From: Narcine bancroftii | Lineage: Eukaryota | NCBI RefSeq assembly: GCF_036971445.1 | Contig: NC_091482.1 | Location: 18,786,001 to 18,850,000, forward strand | Direction: 5' to 3' | DNA: 64,000 nt | In this document: positions 12,160 to 25,054 of the stretch, piece after piece | How positions within the stretch are numbered: position 1 is the stretch's first letter | How the letters are laid out: each line of letters begins with the position of its first letter | The notes under the pieces: generated by a model | What the model saw: only the letters and a program-made list of their open reading frames with translations | Databases searched by the model: none | Told to the model about the DNA's origin: nothing | Position numbers and translations under genes: made by a program

Positions 12160-12769
12160 ACCTTCTAATCAGCTATGTCAGTGTCTTGCCAAAGAAACGT
12201 CCCATTAACCTCACTTCTTTCAGGTCACCACAGAGTTCCTTTTCAGTTTCTCTTATTTCAAGTGAAATATTAGGCAGCCAGTCCTCTCCTCTTGTATGGA
12301 CTGCAAGGGCTATGACCAGGCTGAACTTTGCAGTCACAACCTGTGTTTAAAATGGGGCTTGTCCACAAGCTTGCCAGCTTGTCCTGTTCCAGTCCCAGCT
12401 ACTGCTGCCCCTCTCTTCTTCACACCCAGAGAAAAAGCCTGTTTCATTCTCTCTGCTTGCAAAACCTCATGACCCTCTTAGAACAGCCAACTTCACTCAG
12501 ACAGCCTGTGGATCCAAACCTAATCCTCCAAATTCTTTCACGTGTTGCTTATCAAAACAACAATCCATTAGTGAAGTCTCTATAGGCACTCCCCAAAGCT
12601 TTTGCAAAGGTCCTCAGAGCCAACCTGTCTGGCTTAAGCAGAGCTCCAGTCTTTTAAATGAGATCTGTTTTGAAGTGTTTGTATGTGACCTGCACTAAAA
12701 AACCTGCCACAATTCATCTCCCCAAAACATATCTATGTACAAATATAAAATACAACATAATCTGTCACA
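12160..12769. mobile_element. Partial LTR of the 25055/40827 family
   Basis: Shares caggtcaccacagagttcc, ttatttcaagtgaaa and the terminal ataatctgtcaca with 25055-26013. Confidence 0.75.
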
Positions 12770-13092
12770 GTACGCTCTAATCTGAGATTTCCTGTTTTTT
12801 GCTTAATCCTTTTGCTTATTCTTTAAAGAAGGTCTCAGGCCAAAAACATTGTCTATCTCCTAAGGATATTGCAAGACCGGGGTGGGGGGGGAAATGATGC
12901 TACCATCATCTGCCCCTCCAATGTAGGTGCCAAGAGCACTGCTTTTATGGCATCAAGTGTCATTAATCGCTAGTAACGCCAGAGGGGGTGGGGGCAGGTC
13001 TGAGGGTGAGCGATGGCCGCAACCATATGGGGGGGATCAGCACCTCACTTGGGGAGCAATGTCCGCAGATGCCCCCTTTAGCACTGACCCTG

Positions 13093-13460
13093 CATGAAAA
13101 CAATCCAGAAGATTGTTAACTTGGCCTGCGACATCACGGGCACCAGACTTCACTCCATTGAGGACATCTACAAGAGGCGGTGTCTTAAGAAAGAGCCTCT
13201 ATCCACAAAGACCCCCCCACCACTCTTCACTCTGCTACCATCTGGAAAATGGTACAGAAGCCAAAAGACAAGGGCTCTGCAGCACAGACGGCTTCTTCCC
13301 CGCTGCCATCAGATTCCTGAATGATCAATAAACCAATGACACTGACTTTTGGTGCACTATTTACTATAAGGTGGTTTCTATGAATGTTGCCCCTGTGACG
13401 CAGCTGCAAAACAACGAATTTTGTGACTTGTTCATGACAATAAACTCTGATTCTGATTTA
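13093..13460 (+). mobile_element. Rex1-type LINE 3' fragment
   Basis: Encodes ITGTRLHSIEDIYKRRCLKK and FFPAAIRFLN. The tail tgacaataaactctgattctga matches that of 28345-29010. Confidence 0.75.
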
Positions 13461-13619
13461 CAAATGAGTAGCATTTCAAGAAAACATTAGGGGAAGTAAA
13501 AATTTACTCACTTCCCATAGTTTAAATGTAAAATCTTGTGTTCCATAGTCAATCAACTAAGCTTAAATATGTGGAGTCACAAGAGATGGCAAATACTGGA
13601 ATCTGATACAAAAGAAGTG

Positions 13620-13730
13620 CTGGAGTGGAGTGGAGAGGAATGGAGGGAGTGGAGTGGAAAGGAATGGAGGGAGTGGAGTGGAAAGGAATGGAGGGAGTGG
13701 AGTGGAAAGGAATGGAGGGAGCGGAGGGAA
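13620..13730. repeat. Purine-rich 24-nt tandem repeat
   Basis: About 4.5 copies of tggagggagtggagtggaaaggaa. Confidence 0.9.
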
Positions 13731-13905
13731 GGGAATTGTCAACATTTCAGGTCATGCCCTGGATCAGCACTGAGAGGGAGAGGAAAGATAGCCAACACAA
13801 AATGGGGATAGGTTTGACAAGGGCAAGCAAAGTAAATGCACTAAGTAGGGGAAGTAAGTGAACTTCCACAACCTTCATGCTATGTGTTTTCATCCTCCAA
13901 CCTGT

Positions 13906-14368
13906 CTCCACCTAGCTCCATCTACCTTTCACTTCCATGTCTGCTTGCATCTGTCACCCCCTACCCCTCTTTACTAACACCACTGTTCACCATTCTCCAC
14001 CTAGCTCCATCTACCTTTCACTTCCATGTCTGCTTGCATCTGTCACCCCCTACCCCTCTTTACTAACACCACTGTTCACCATTCTCCACCTAGCTCCATC
14101 TACCTTTAACTTCCATGTCTGCTTGCATCTGTCACCCCCACCCATCTTTACCAACACTGTTCACCATTCGCCACCTAGTTCCATCTATCTTTAACTTCCA
14201 TATCTGCTTGCAGCTGTCACCCCCTACCCCTCTTTACTAACACCACTGTTCACCATTCGCCATCTAGCTCCATCTACCTTTAACTTCCATGTCTGCTTGT
14301 ATCTGTCACCCCCTACCCCTCTTTACTAACACCACTGTTGACCATTCGCCACTTGGCTCCATCTGCCC
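13906..14368. repeat. 89-nt minisatellite, about 5 copies
   Basis: The unit ctccacctagctccatctacctttcacttccatg...ctgttcaccatt starts at 13906, 13995 and 14084. Later units are slightly diverged. Confidence 0.9.
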
Positions 14369-17300
14369 ATAATTCCTCAGCCTTCCCCAGTCCACCTGAC
14401 TCACTCCTCCCCTTCTCCACCTTTAATCCTGCTATAAGATCTCAACCTGACATTTTGACAACTTCTTTCACCCAGAGATGTTGCACTGAATTCATCCTGT
14501 AGTTTGTTTGAACCTTAAACATATCTCAAGACGCTTCTGGTAAAAAAAAAACATTTTGAATTCAATCTTACATCAGAATAACAAATACCAAGTGACATAT
14601 GCAAGCCTCTATACATTCTGAAGGATCTTTACAGGGAAGATGTGGAGAGGATGTTTCCTCTTGTGGAAGAACCTGGAACTAGGGGTCCCATCTCAAAATA
14701 AAGTTTCTGTAGTCATTTGTGTGTTGTATAATTGTTTAACAATTCGGTTCAAAACTTAAATTTAATAATTCAACAGTTCAGTTCAAATGGTGCTGTCCAC
14801 AGTCGTAAAAGCGAGTCGACCTGCCGAATCAGTAAGTGAAACAGCAACTACCCAGCCTCGCGCTATCAGTTCCCTTCTCCCAAACCATCACGTTCCGGGA
14901 ACCCGCTCCCACGAGAACCCGAACCTCTGAATGACAGTTCATTCATTTCTGACAAATGGGCGACACTTTTTTTTGTCGCATATGGGTGTCAGTCTTTCAA
15001 ACTCTCGCTCTTGAGTACAGGAGGATAATTTTCAAGGTGGACTCCAGATTACTTTATTGTTTTGCAATAAAATAGGTGTTCTTCAGCAGCAAAGCCCCTC
15101 ACTGGTCTACTGCCGTGGTTACCATCTCGTGGGTTATCTCCTCTGTTTCTCCTTCTCAAATGGGGGTTGGTCTCCATTTTATGGTGCCCTGCACTAGTCC
15201 TCTGCTTCCCCGGAATCTGCAAACTCTTGAGACTGCTACCAAACAGGCGCCACAATCTTAGGTCCAGACCCCACAGTCGCAGGATTTTAAAATAAATCAC
15301 TGTCAGCTTCTTTAACAGGGCGTTCAAAGCCTGCATGAGCCATTGGTAATTGGACTGGACAGCCGAACCCTGCGGAGGAGCGCCGTGTCTCCTCTCCTCA
15401 CTTTGCGCGGGTCTGGAGCAGCTCCGGCAGTGCTGCCTTTTTTTAACATTATGTGATTTATGGTGTGAAAAATAAAAAATTTAAAACAAAAAAAGAAAAG
15501 GGGTGAACAGTCACGATGAACCTATCTAAGAGTTTGGACACTTTCTGCTGTTGGCAATCTCTTGTCACAACGAAGGCCAAAGTGGACTTGTTGATTCAGG
15601 AATCCAGTGTCAGGGACTTGTACGATGCAACCTCTCCATGGAGTTGGTTGAAGATGTTTCAGATGCCATTTTGGCAAGCTGGTGATGATGGCAAATTTCA
15701 TGCTTTCACTCAAAATGGTGATTTCCAGGACATAGAATGTGATCCACTTTCTCTAAGGCCTTAAATGAATTTCTGGCAATGCAGATGAATGCTTCTAGAA
15801 AAAATCAATTAGGTGATTCACCAAAGATGGTAATTAAGACAAAGGTTCCAACCCAAAATGCTGACTGACCACTTCTACCCATGGATGCAGTCTGACACCC
15901 AAATTCCTGAAGCAGCATGTTGTTTGCTCACGATTCCAACATCTGTTTCTCTATGCTTTGTCCTTTAGATTGTTGTGGTTACAAATGTTTTTTTTGGTGA
16001 AACAATTGGAAAAGTAATGAGAGCAAATCTAATCAAGCCAATTATAAAGATCATATTTTAGCAATGCAATTCTATTTAATTTACATAATTTCAATGTGGT
16101 TTTAATTGTGTCCAGTATAAAGTTTGGATACATATTAAGAAGTTCCAAAGTCATAGTTGTTCTTTTATGATTCTTTATGTTTACAAAAAACATAATGTTC
16201 AATTAAACAGTGTTATTTAATTATATTAAATTATATTGTTGCTTCTTTATTTGTACAAATTTCTCTTGCAGCCCAAATGAGGTAATCCTATCTACAAAAG
16301 CAAATGACTGTTTCTATTAGAGATCTACGTTTAGGATGTCAGGCCAGATGTGCAGAGAAAAACAAAGATTGATGTCCTTTAAACAAGATGTAATTGTCCA
16401 TTTTTCTCCAGAACTAATGTTGGTAAAACTACTGAGGGGTTCATTTGGATTACTGAAATGTTGCTTACTGTCCGTCACAGATTGTTGATCATTAGGATAT
16501 TACCTAAGGAGCAACAAATTAATGGATAATCTTTAAAATTATGGCATTTTATTGATGTTAATTACTGTAATTAATCACAATCACTTTACCAAGTTACAGT
16601 TAATAAGTAGGTCGGGAATGTAGTTTGAGTGCTAGTTGTTTAATCATCTAATAAAACAATTTTAAAAAAAAATCAACTGAAAGGCAAGCTTTCCAACTCA
16701 TCTGGATAGAAATAAACTAATTTCAGTTTATTTTTGTCATTAATAACATGTATCAATTAAATTAGAAACTCTTACCCTTGTGTTAAGCCTTGAATTCTCT
16801 TATTTCAAAATTAACTCAGAACACTGAAAATGGTACAATACTTCTTCCAAAATTCAAATAAGCTAACAACTCATCAACTTTTACAACATGGCACACGTTT
16901 CTGTTTATTAAGTCCTGCTTTGTGATATAAAATATTAGTAGCTCAAAGAGTAAACAAATATTATGGTAAGTGCAAATTTGCATGTAACATGTTGGATGGG
17001 GTTAATATAAAAGCATTATTTACAATTTCTGGAATAAAAAGATAATGTTAACATTGTTATTTGTTCATTATATATTTGGACAAATGTTCAGTTCCAATTT
17101 ATTACCATTGCATAATTATATTTCTGGTCAAAATTAATTGGTATTATCTATGGAAGTTTTATGCAAATTTTGTACTAAATTATTTGATTGAAGATGGAAT
17201 ATATCTTTCCTCACAAGCTTAATTCAGCACTCCTGATTGCATTATCTGTTCTCATTAGCAGTGGTACAGAAGATAGACTGAGTGGAGTATTGTATTTGCA

Positions 17301-17884
17301 TATTTCTTACACATGTAAAGTTATTCCTTTTGGAATTTCCCATGTTCAGAACACAGGGCGATGTTCTATTGTAATGAGAACTGCCAGATATCAGTCAATA
17401 CAGATAAGGAGGGTTCTTCCAGATAAGCAAAGGATTGGAAATCAAATGTCTCTTAGTTTCTGGGAAATAGTTACACCATCTCCAAAAACACAAATTTGAG
17501 GCAGCATGCAAAAAGCTTTTGATTGAAGGCCCTATACATACATATACACAAACCAGTGATACATATAGTATATGGTAAAATCTCTACTATCCAGAATTCA
17601 AGCAAACAGCAAAAAAAATTGCAGAAATTAAATGAGCAAAAAAATATAGAAGTTTAAAATTGGTGAGCAAAAAATATAGAAGTTTAAAATTGGTGTGCCC
17701 TGCAATTTTAGTTATCAATTCATGCAACATTCAGTCTCAAGCAACCATGAAATTCACTTATCCCACAGAATCTACAGTGCATGCAAGCAAAAGACATATT
17801 AGGAAGGAGTGATTAAAATTTTATTCAGACTTATGCAGCTCTAAAGAGACATGTAATGGACGCAAGTCAGCAGGGTTTATGGAG

Positions 17885-18880
17885 TGTGGTGATTCACCAC
17901 TGAATACTGTTACTTGGTTACTGACATTGTGTATATATTTGGTTCATATGTATGGCTGGCTCACCTTCCCTTCGTGACTCCATCTCCTGGAATCCCCTAA
18001 CAAAGCCAGTTAAGCCAAGTCTCTTCATCAGTACGAGTCCTGGGATTGGGCCAGAACAGGAGCATTGTCTGAGGCTTACGGTTTTAAAAGTCTGTTGTCC
18101 TGCAACTCCAATATTTTGGTATTATTGATAGTGTATCAATTTTAATACCATAAAAATTTTTGCAATGGACAAACTGTTAAAGCTGACATGCGGGCTCTCC
18201 TCCCTCTGGGTACCCACCCCCTGCCCCTGCCTCAACCCTTACTGCTAGCCAATCACCACCAAGAGCAAGAAATACAGCACAGGGGACAGGGCATTTATCA
18301 AGAAGAGGTGCCATTGCTTCTGGCTGAGGGGATTACAGAACTGAGCACAAACCCCTGGAGGGCTGAGGTCGTGATGGTCAAGAAAAAGGGAAAAACTGCA
18401 CATGGTGGTTGACTACAGTGAAACCATAAACCTGTTCTCACAGCTGGATGCGTACCCCCTTCACCGCATCTCCAATATAGTTAATCAGATCACCTCATAC
18501 CGGATGTTCTCTACCACTGATCTGAAATCGGTGCATTACGAACTCCCCATCCACCCAGAGGGGCGTCAGTATAGTGCATTCAAGGCGGACAGTTGCTCCT
18601 ACCACTTCCTAATGGGGTCCCAATGGAAATGGACTGAATGGTGGACCAGCACAGGGGGAAGGCCACATTCCCATATTTGGATAGTGTGACCATTTGCAGC
18701 CATGACATGCAGGGCCATGACGCAAACCTGGAGAGGTTCCTCCAGACAGCCAAGATACTCAACCTCACTTATAACAAAACAAAGTGCATGTTCCTCACAT
18801 CACAGTTGGCCATTCTAGGTTGTGTTGTGGGACATGTTGTTATTGGGCCAGGCCCTGAACAAGTGCGACCTTGGACATCT
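17885..18880 (+). mobile_element. Degenerate Gypsy LTR retrotransposon (LTR-like 5' part plus RT)
   Basis: Broken frames encode PWRAEVVMVKK, MVVDYSETINLFSQLDAYPL, FSTTDLKS and FPYLDSVTICSHD...HDANLERFL. Confidence 0.8.
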
Positions 18881-19039
18881 TAGTAAACATATTAACAATT
18901 CTGATTTAGTGTTACCATTTTTGATATTGCTCAGAACTTTCTAATGGTTCTCACCAGTGTTGCACAACCCCTGGATCAGGACCTAAAAGTGTTTCACAGA
19001 AGAGGAAAGACTTGTCCTCAAATTATTTTCCAAGCATCA

Positions 19040-19430
19040 TCAGTAGAAGATTGAGGGGGGATTTGATGGAGGTGTTCAAGATTTTAAAAGGGACAGAGAG
19101 AGTCAACGTGGATAGGGTTTTTCAATTAAGAGTGGGGGATATTCAAACCAGAGGCCATGGTTTGAGATTGAAAGGGGAAAATTATAAGGGGAACATGAGG
19201 GGAAATTTCTTCACGCAAAGGGTGGTTTGGGATGTGGAATAAGCTTCCGGCAGAGGTGGTTGAAGCAGGAACGTTATTTACATTTAAGGAAAGACTGGAT
19301 AATTACATGGAGGGGAGAGGATTGGAGGGATATGGACCAGGTGCTGGTCAGTAGGACTAGGAGGGTGGGGATTTGTTCCGGCATGGACTAGTAGGGCCAA
19401 ACTGGCCTGTTCTGTGCTGTATATGGTTAT
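19040..19430 (+). mobile_element. CR1 LINE 3' end
   Basis: Encodes RRLRGDLMEVFKILKG...TRGHGLRL...FFTQRVV, followed by a typical 3' UTR. Confidence 0.85.
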
Positions 19431-20289
19431 AAGCTTCACTACATCATAACTGAAACATTCCAGAAGATCCATCCATATTGGGTCATGTGGGATGTAAGCA
19501 AATGAGTTGAGTGAATGCAAGGGTAGAACAAAGGCTAAAATGCCCGCCATCAATGACCTCTTAATAAACTCAAAACACTTTTTTTCCGTGAGTCAAAAAA
19601 ACTTATTTTAGTACAAAATCCCTAGATAAAAATCAGACTATTTCATTTCTATGTGTTACTAAATTTATTTAAACATGCAGGTGCTCCTGAATTAGTCAAA
19701 CCCAATACAACATTCTAGTGATAATATGAACCACTGTTATGAACTTCTAGTTAACATTATATTGAGAATTTCCAGGGTAAAATGTGCACATGAATCTCCG
19801 AGTGAGTCAATGGTTAATGAAGAAGTCAAATCCTTAAACTCTGCTGGTATAACTGCAAGCACATCTGTACGTATTTGATATGATCTGTAAAGTAGTCAAT
19901 CAAAAATTGCTAAAAAAAATGTAGGAGGGTTTTAATTCATTGGCTGCTGATATAGTGAATTGTTGACAAATCAAAATGTAAAACCTCAGAAGTCATGTGG
20001 TTATTTGGAGAGAAAGAAATTTTGCAATCAGTTCATGCTATTTCAGTTTGAAAATAAAAATGTCATGATTTGGGGTCATCATAAAAAATGTTAATGTGTA
20101 CCGACTATCCAGGACCAATCATCATATTCTACTTTTCAAAATGCAAAATAAACCTACACTCTGGTAGAAAAGATAAGCTCTGAATTGATTAGTTTGTGGA
20201 TTGAATTATTCGAAGAGTCAAGTGCAACAAAAAAGTTAAAATTGCTCTTCCTTTCAATGATCTAAAACAGAAGAGTATGTGATATCTCA

Positions 20290-20315
20290 ATTGCTTCTCG
20301 GCCTTTTGGCTAAGA
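20290..20315 (+). pseudogene. 3'-truncated U2 snRNA fragment
   Basis: attgcttctcggccttttggctaaga matches U2 nt 1-26 (ATCGCTTCTCGGCCTTTTGGCTAAGA) with one mismatch. It is flanked by a tatctca direct repeat. Confidence 0.75.
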
Positions 20316-20641
20316 AGTATCTCAGAAAACATCAAACCACAAACACATTCTTTCCATGGCTTATTTACTTTACAAAAGATCAAAGTACGAGTTCTTGTGA
20401 CTCCCATGTGAAGTGATTTTTTTTCAACTACAATTGCTCTTGATATATTTGTTGCACTGCATAATTAGTGTTGGTGTCATTAAACAGGTACAAATTCTAT
20501 TACACCTCATTGGAGTTGTTTCAATGACATAAAATATTCAGACGTACAAAGAATTCTTCTAAAAGCACACAACATGAAACCACTGGTTCTTGCACAGGAA
20601 CGTAGCATCAACTAAAAATATCCGAGCTTCACAAAACTTTT

Positions 20642-21260
20642 AGAATCAGAATCTGAATTTATTGTCATGAGCAAGACGCAAAATTAGATGTTTTGCGGTA
20701 GCATTACCGGTGCAAAACTGCTATAAATTACATTTTTTTAAAAATTAAAGGAGTGTAAAAGAAACAAAAGGTGAGGTTGAGTCTGTGGTTCATGTTCCAT
20801 TCAGAACTCTGATGGCAGAGGAGAAGAACCTGGTGTTTGTCTTCAGACTCCTGGGCATCCATCCTGATGACAACAGTGACAAGAGGGCATGGCTTGGGTG
20901 GTGAGGGTCCTTGAGGAAAGAGGCTGCTTTCTTGAGACACCTTGGGTTTACAAATTGGATTGTAACATGAGTTTAACATGCCAATTTGCCAGGTTATCTC
21001 CTCATGTACAGGCCAATTGCACGGGTTGGCAAACCACCTCGGACTGTTACATGGGTAGGAAACATGGGCCCTGAGCGGCCCCCTTTGTAACCCCCTACCA
21101 CCTCTTGTAGAGTGAAGGCTGGTGCCCATGATGGCATTGACTGAGTTCACAACTCTCTGTAGTCTTTTCTTGTCTGCACCTCTATACCAGACAGTAAGAA
21201 TGTTCTCCGTGGTCATTTGAAAGATTCTTTGGTGACATACCAAATTTCCTCAAACTCTTG
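20642..21260 (-). mobile_element. Rex1-type LINE 3' fragment
   Basis: Minus-strand peptide ENILTVWYRGADKKRLQRVVNSVNAIMGTSLHS. The tail appears as agaatcagaatctgaatttattgtcatg on the plus strand. Confidence 0.7.
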
Positions 21261-23580
21261 GACATTTTGACAGTTTTCAAGTTTTTTTTCTGTTGCAGAA
21301 TACACTGGACTGTAGTCATAAAGCGCAAGCACCTATTTGACCATGCTAGAGTTCTGTGGCACTGTTAGATCATTTATATGAACTTAAAAGTGAGTTGTCA
21401 TCACAAGATTAAAATCTGAAAAGGCATAATTCTTCATAAAATACTGCTTTCTTGTGTTGCATTCTCGTAAGATATTTTTAATCGGTTGAATGATCTGGAT
21501 TTGTCTGTACTAAATAGAGAACACAATCACTTTATGCAAAAATTGTTCAATTCAAAAAGTATTTTGAGTCAAACATGGATACCGTTGTGTAGGACAATCC
21601 AAAACTTAAACTTTTCACCTTAAAAATCAGGGTCATCCTAAGAGCCTAAATTTCTTCCACTGACGAAAAATCGCAACACCACCACCATCTTCCTGCAGGC
21701 TCCGGCGCAATCTCGTGTATGTATTGTTAGTTATTTGTGAAGTCTCGCTGCTCCTCCTCAGGGTCCATCTGCCCAGCAGGACTTACCTGCTTTAAACCAC
21801 AGACTTTAAACGGCCTGTGGTTTATTTTAAAATATCCAAATAAAATTGAAACCTTTAAATCATCATTTGTTATTAAAATATTGTGACTTGCTTTTAACAG
21901 CATCCACTGGTCAGTGGTAAGAGCCAGATCTGGGCAGTGTGGGTGGGGGTGGTGTGGGGAGGGGAAAAGGGGTTGTCTGATGCAAGTGTATCTCTCAAAA
22001 TTTTTGGTGGAAATTCTGGGATTGTCCTATACGGAGTCATAGTATACAACAACATATACAGTAAGCTTCATATAATGCTGCAAGAAACAAATAAAAAAGA
22101 AAAATCCATCATTTGAGAAGCACTTTAAGAAATCAACTTCCAGACAAGCAACCCAAGGTAAAGATAGTATGTTTAAAATTGCACTGAAAAATGAGAATCC
22201 ACCATGGGGGAAAAGAACCTCCACTGATCAGGTTTGCTTCCAATAATACTTAATGCAATACTAATTAGAGCTGTCTAATTTTGTGGCATTGGAGATTAGC
22301 CTACTCTTGCTATTGGAATACTTCAGTTCAATATACTAAAATTATGAAAAAGCAGTTTGCTCTCTTTGATTCAAACAAAAATAAAATTAGGAACACATCA
22401 GACATTGGGCGCAAGTTTCACATTTGCTGAGGATGATTACTTCAAACTAAATGTAAACTCGAAGTAACCGGAGGCTTCTCAGTAAATCTTAAATAGATCA
22501 TGAAAAAATAAACACTATTCATTAAGGATGCAAATAGTTACCAAGATTTGTGTGGGCAAATTAATTTTTAAATGTATTCATCGTCAATGTCAAAACAGTT
22601 AATAAGAAGAAGAAAAAAATGGGACATAATTTATTCTCCACAATTTAGTGACTCGCCCCTCATGCTCCTCCCACCTCCAGTTTCATAACCTTCCTGAAAA
22701 TTATAACTGAGTCTTAAAATCAGTTTACTTTGTTCTATTCACATTTAAAAGAAAAGTCTCTTCTCTTGGATCAATCAAAGCAATTGGGATTTCATTTTTG
22801 GTTTAGGTGCTATTTAAACTGTGATCAAGTAATGGTGATTTTTTTTTAAATTAAAGGTTGCTCAACAAGAATTGTAAATATGGCATTATTTAATTCAATA
22901 TTACAGAAAAAAAAACAAGCTCTAATATATTGTTGGCTATTTAATTTGAAGATGTATGAGGAAACATCCAAGAGGTGACAACGAAATTAACAATTTCCTC
23001 CTTGTCTTCAATTCTGACGAAAATCTTAAGGTTAGTACTGTGTAGTAATTACATTCTTTGGGGCTAAGATACTTGTATTCGCCACTAATAATATTTAAAG
23101 AAATTGCTCATCAGCATTTACAAATAGATTTTAATACAAAGGTTGAGAACCACTTTTCTTCATGGCTACAGATAAACAACAAGTTCAGTTTTTATTATTT
23201 TATTGAACACCTTAAAAATTACTACATTTTAGGATCAAAAATAATTGGAAACATATCTCAATATTGTGGCTCAGAGCAGTGGTGGTCTGGGTGATAATAA
23301 TTCAACGTTTCCTTTCCATTCACTAACATATAAACAAAAACTTGTTTTATAATAAATGGCAATATTTCTAGCTAAACCGGTTGCATTGACATGGAAAATT
23401 CTGGATCACTCCGATGTTCTAGCAACTCTGATTTATTTAAGATATAAAATATAAAAATAGTTCATTCACATAATTAATTTTGTTGAATTATAAATTTGAA
23501 ATTCACTATTTCATAAATTTTTAACTATTGCCTCAACTTTTTTTGACTATGTGGAAGCAAACTGAATTATGATGGTTTAT

Positions 23581-24595
23581 TCTTTCTTTGGCTTGGCTTC
23601 GCGGACGAAGATTTATGGAGGGGGTAAAAAAGTCCACGTCAGCTGCAGGCTCGTTTGTGGCTGACAAGTCCGATGCGGGACAGGCAGACACGATTGCAGC
23701 GGTTGCAGGGGAAAATTGGTTGGTTGGGGTTGGGTGTTGGGTTTTTCCTCCTTTGCCTTTTGTCAGTGAGGTGGGCTCTGCGGTCTTCTTCAAAGGAGGT
23801 TGCTGCCCGCCAAACTGTGAGGCGCCAAGATGCACGGTTTGAGGCGTTATCAGCCCACTGGCGGTGGTCAATGTGGCAGGCACCAAGAGATTTCTTTAGG
23901 CAGTCCTTGTACCTTTTCTTTGGTGCACCTCTGTCACGGTGGCCAGTGGAGAGCTCGCCATATAACACGATCTTGGGAAGGCGATGGTCCTCCATTCTGG
24001 AGACGTGACCCATCCAGCGCAGCTGGATCTTCAGCAGCGTGGACTCGATGCTGTCGACCTCTGCCATCTCGAGTACTTCGACGTTAGGGATGTAAGCACT
24101 CCAATGGATGTTGAGGATGGAGCGGAGACAACGCTGGTGGAAGCGTTCTAGGAGCCGTAGGTGGTGCCGGTAGAGGACCCATGATTCGGAGCCGAACAGG
24201 AGTGTGGGTATGACAACGGCTCTGTATACGCTTATCTTTGTGAGGTTTTTCAGTTGGTTGTTTTTCCAGACTCTTTTGTGTAGTCTTCCAAAGGCGCTAT
24301 TTGCCATGGCGAGTCTGTTGTCTATCTCATTGTCGATCCTTGCATCTGATGAAATGGTGCAGCCGAGATAGGTAAACTGGTTGACCGTTTTGAGTTTTGT
24401 GTGCCCGATGGAGATGTGGGGGGGCTGGTAATCATGGTGGGGAGCTGGCTGATGGAGGACCTCAGTTTTCTTCAGGCTGACTTCCAGGCCAAACATTTTG
24501 GCAGTTTCCGCAAAGCAGGACGTCAAGCGCTGAAGAGCTGGCTCTGAATGGGCAACTAAAGCGGCATCGTCTGCAAAGAGTAGTTCACGGACAAG
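23581..24595 (-). mobile_element. 5'-truncated RTE LINE with 11-bp TSD
   Basis: Uninterrupted RT C-terminal frame from LFADD to HKRACS. TSD tgatggtttat at 23570-23580 and 24596-24606. Confidence 0.97.
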
Positions 24596-25054
24596 TGATG
24601 GTTTATAATGCAGATCATACTGACTATAGTTGGTTCAATCAAACATTAAAGAGGGAAACATAATGGTTAAAATGGTAAAAGCTGGGACATAAACCAGAGC
24701 TTTCCCACATTTATTTTTGTTGACAATCTTGTGCTGAAAAATGTTGCCAGTTAAGAAAATATTCTGTCCAATTAATTGCTTTATGCAGTAGCAATATTGA
24801 AACAATAAGAGAACAAGTAAAATATTGGTTAAAATCAAAGAGACATGCCTGTTGAAATTGTTCTGTCCTAATTCTACCTAGTTTCCATTCAGTTTGGACC
24901 TCCCATTTGTAGAAGATGATGCCTTGACTATTTCATTCTTTAACCCTGCATTTTTGTTTGATTGCAACTAGGCGTATTTATTCTTGCAATACCTGTATTC
25001 TTTGTAAAGGTTGACTCACCTGGATAGCAAGCAAAATAAAAATTTTCACACTAT

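Noticed and set aside
19730-19890. Short stretch open on both strands with possible acceptors
   Set aside because: No recognisable homology and no convincing exon partner.
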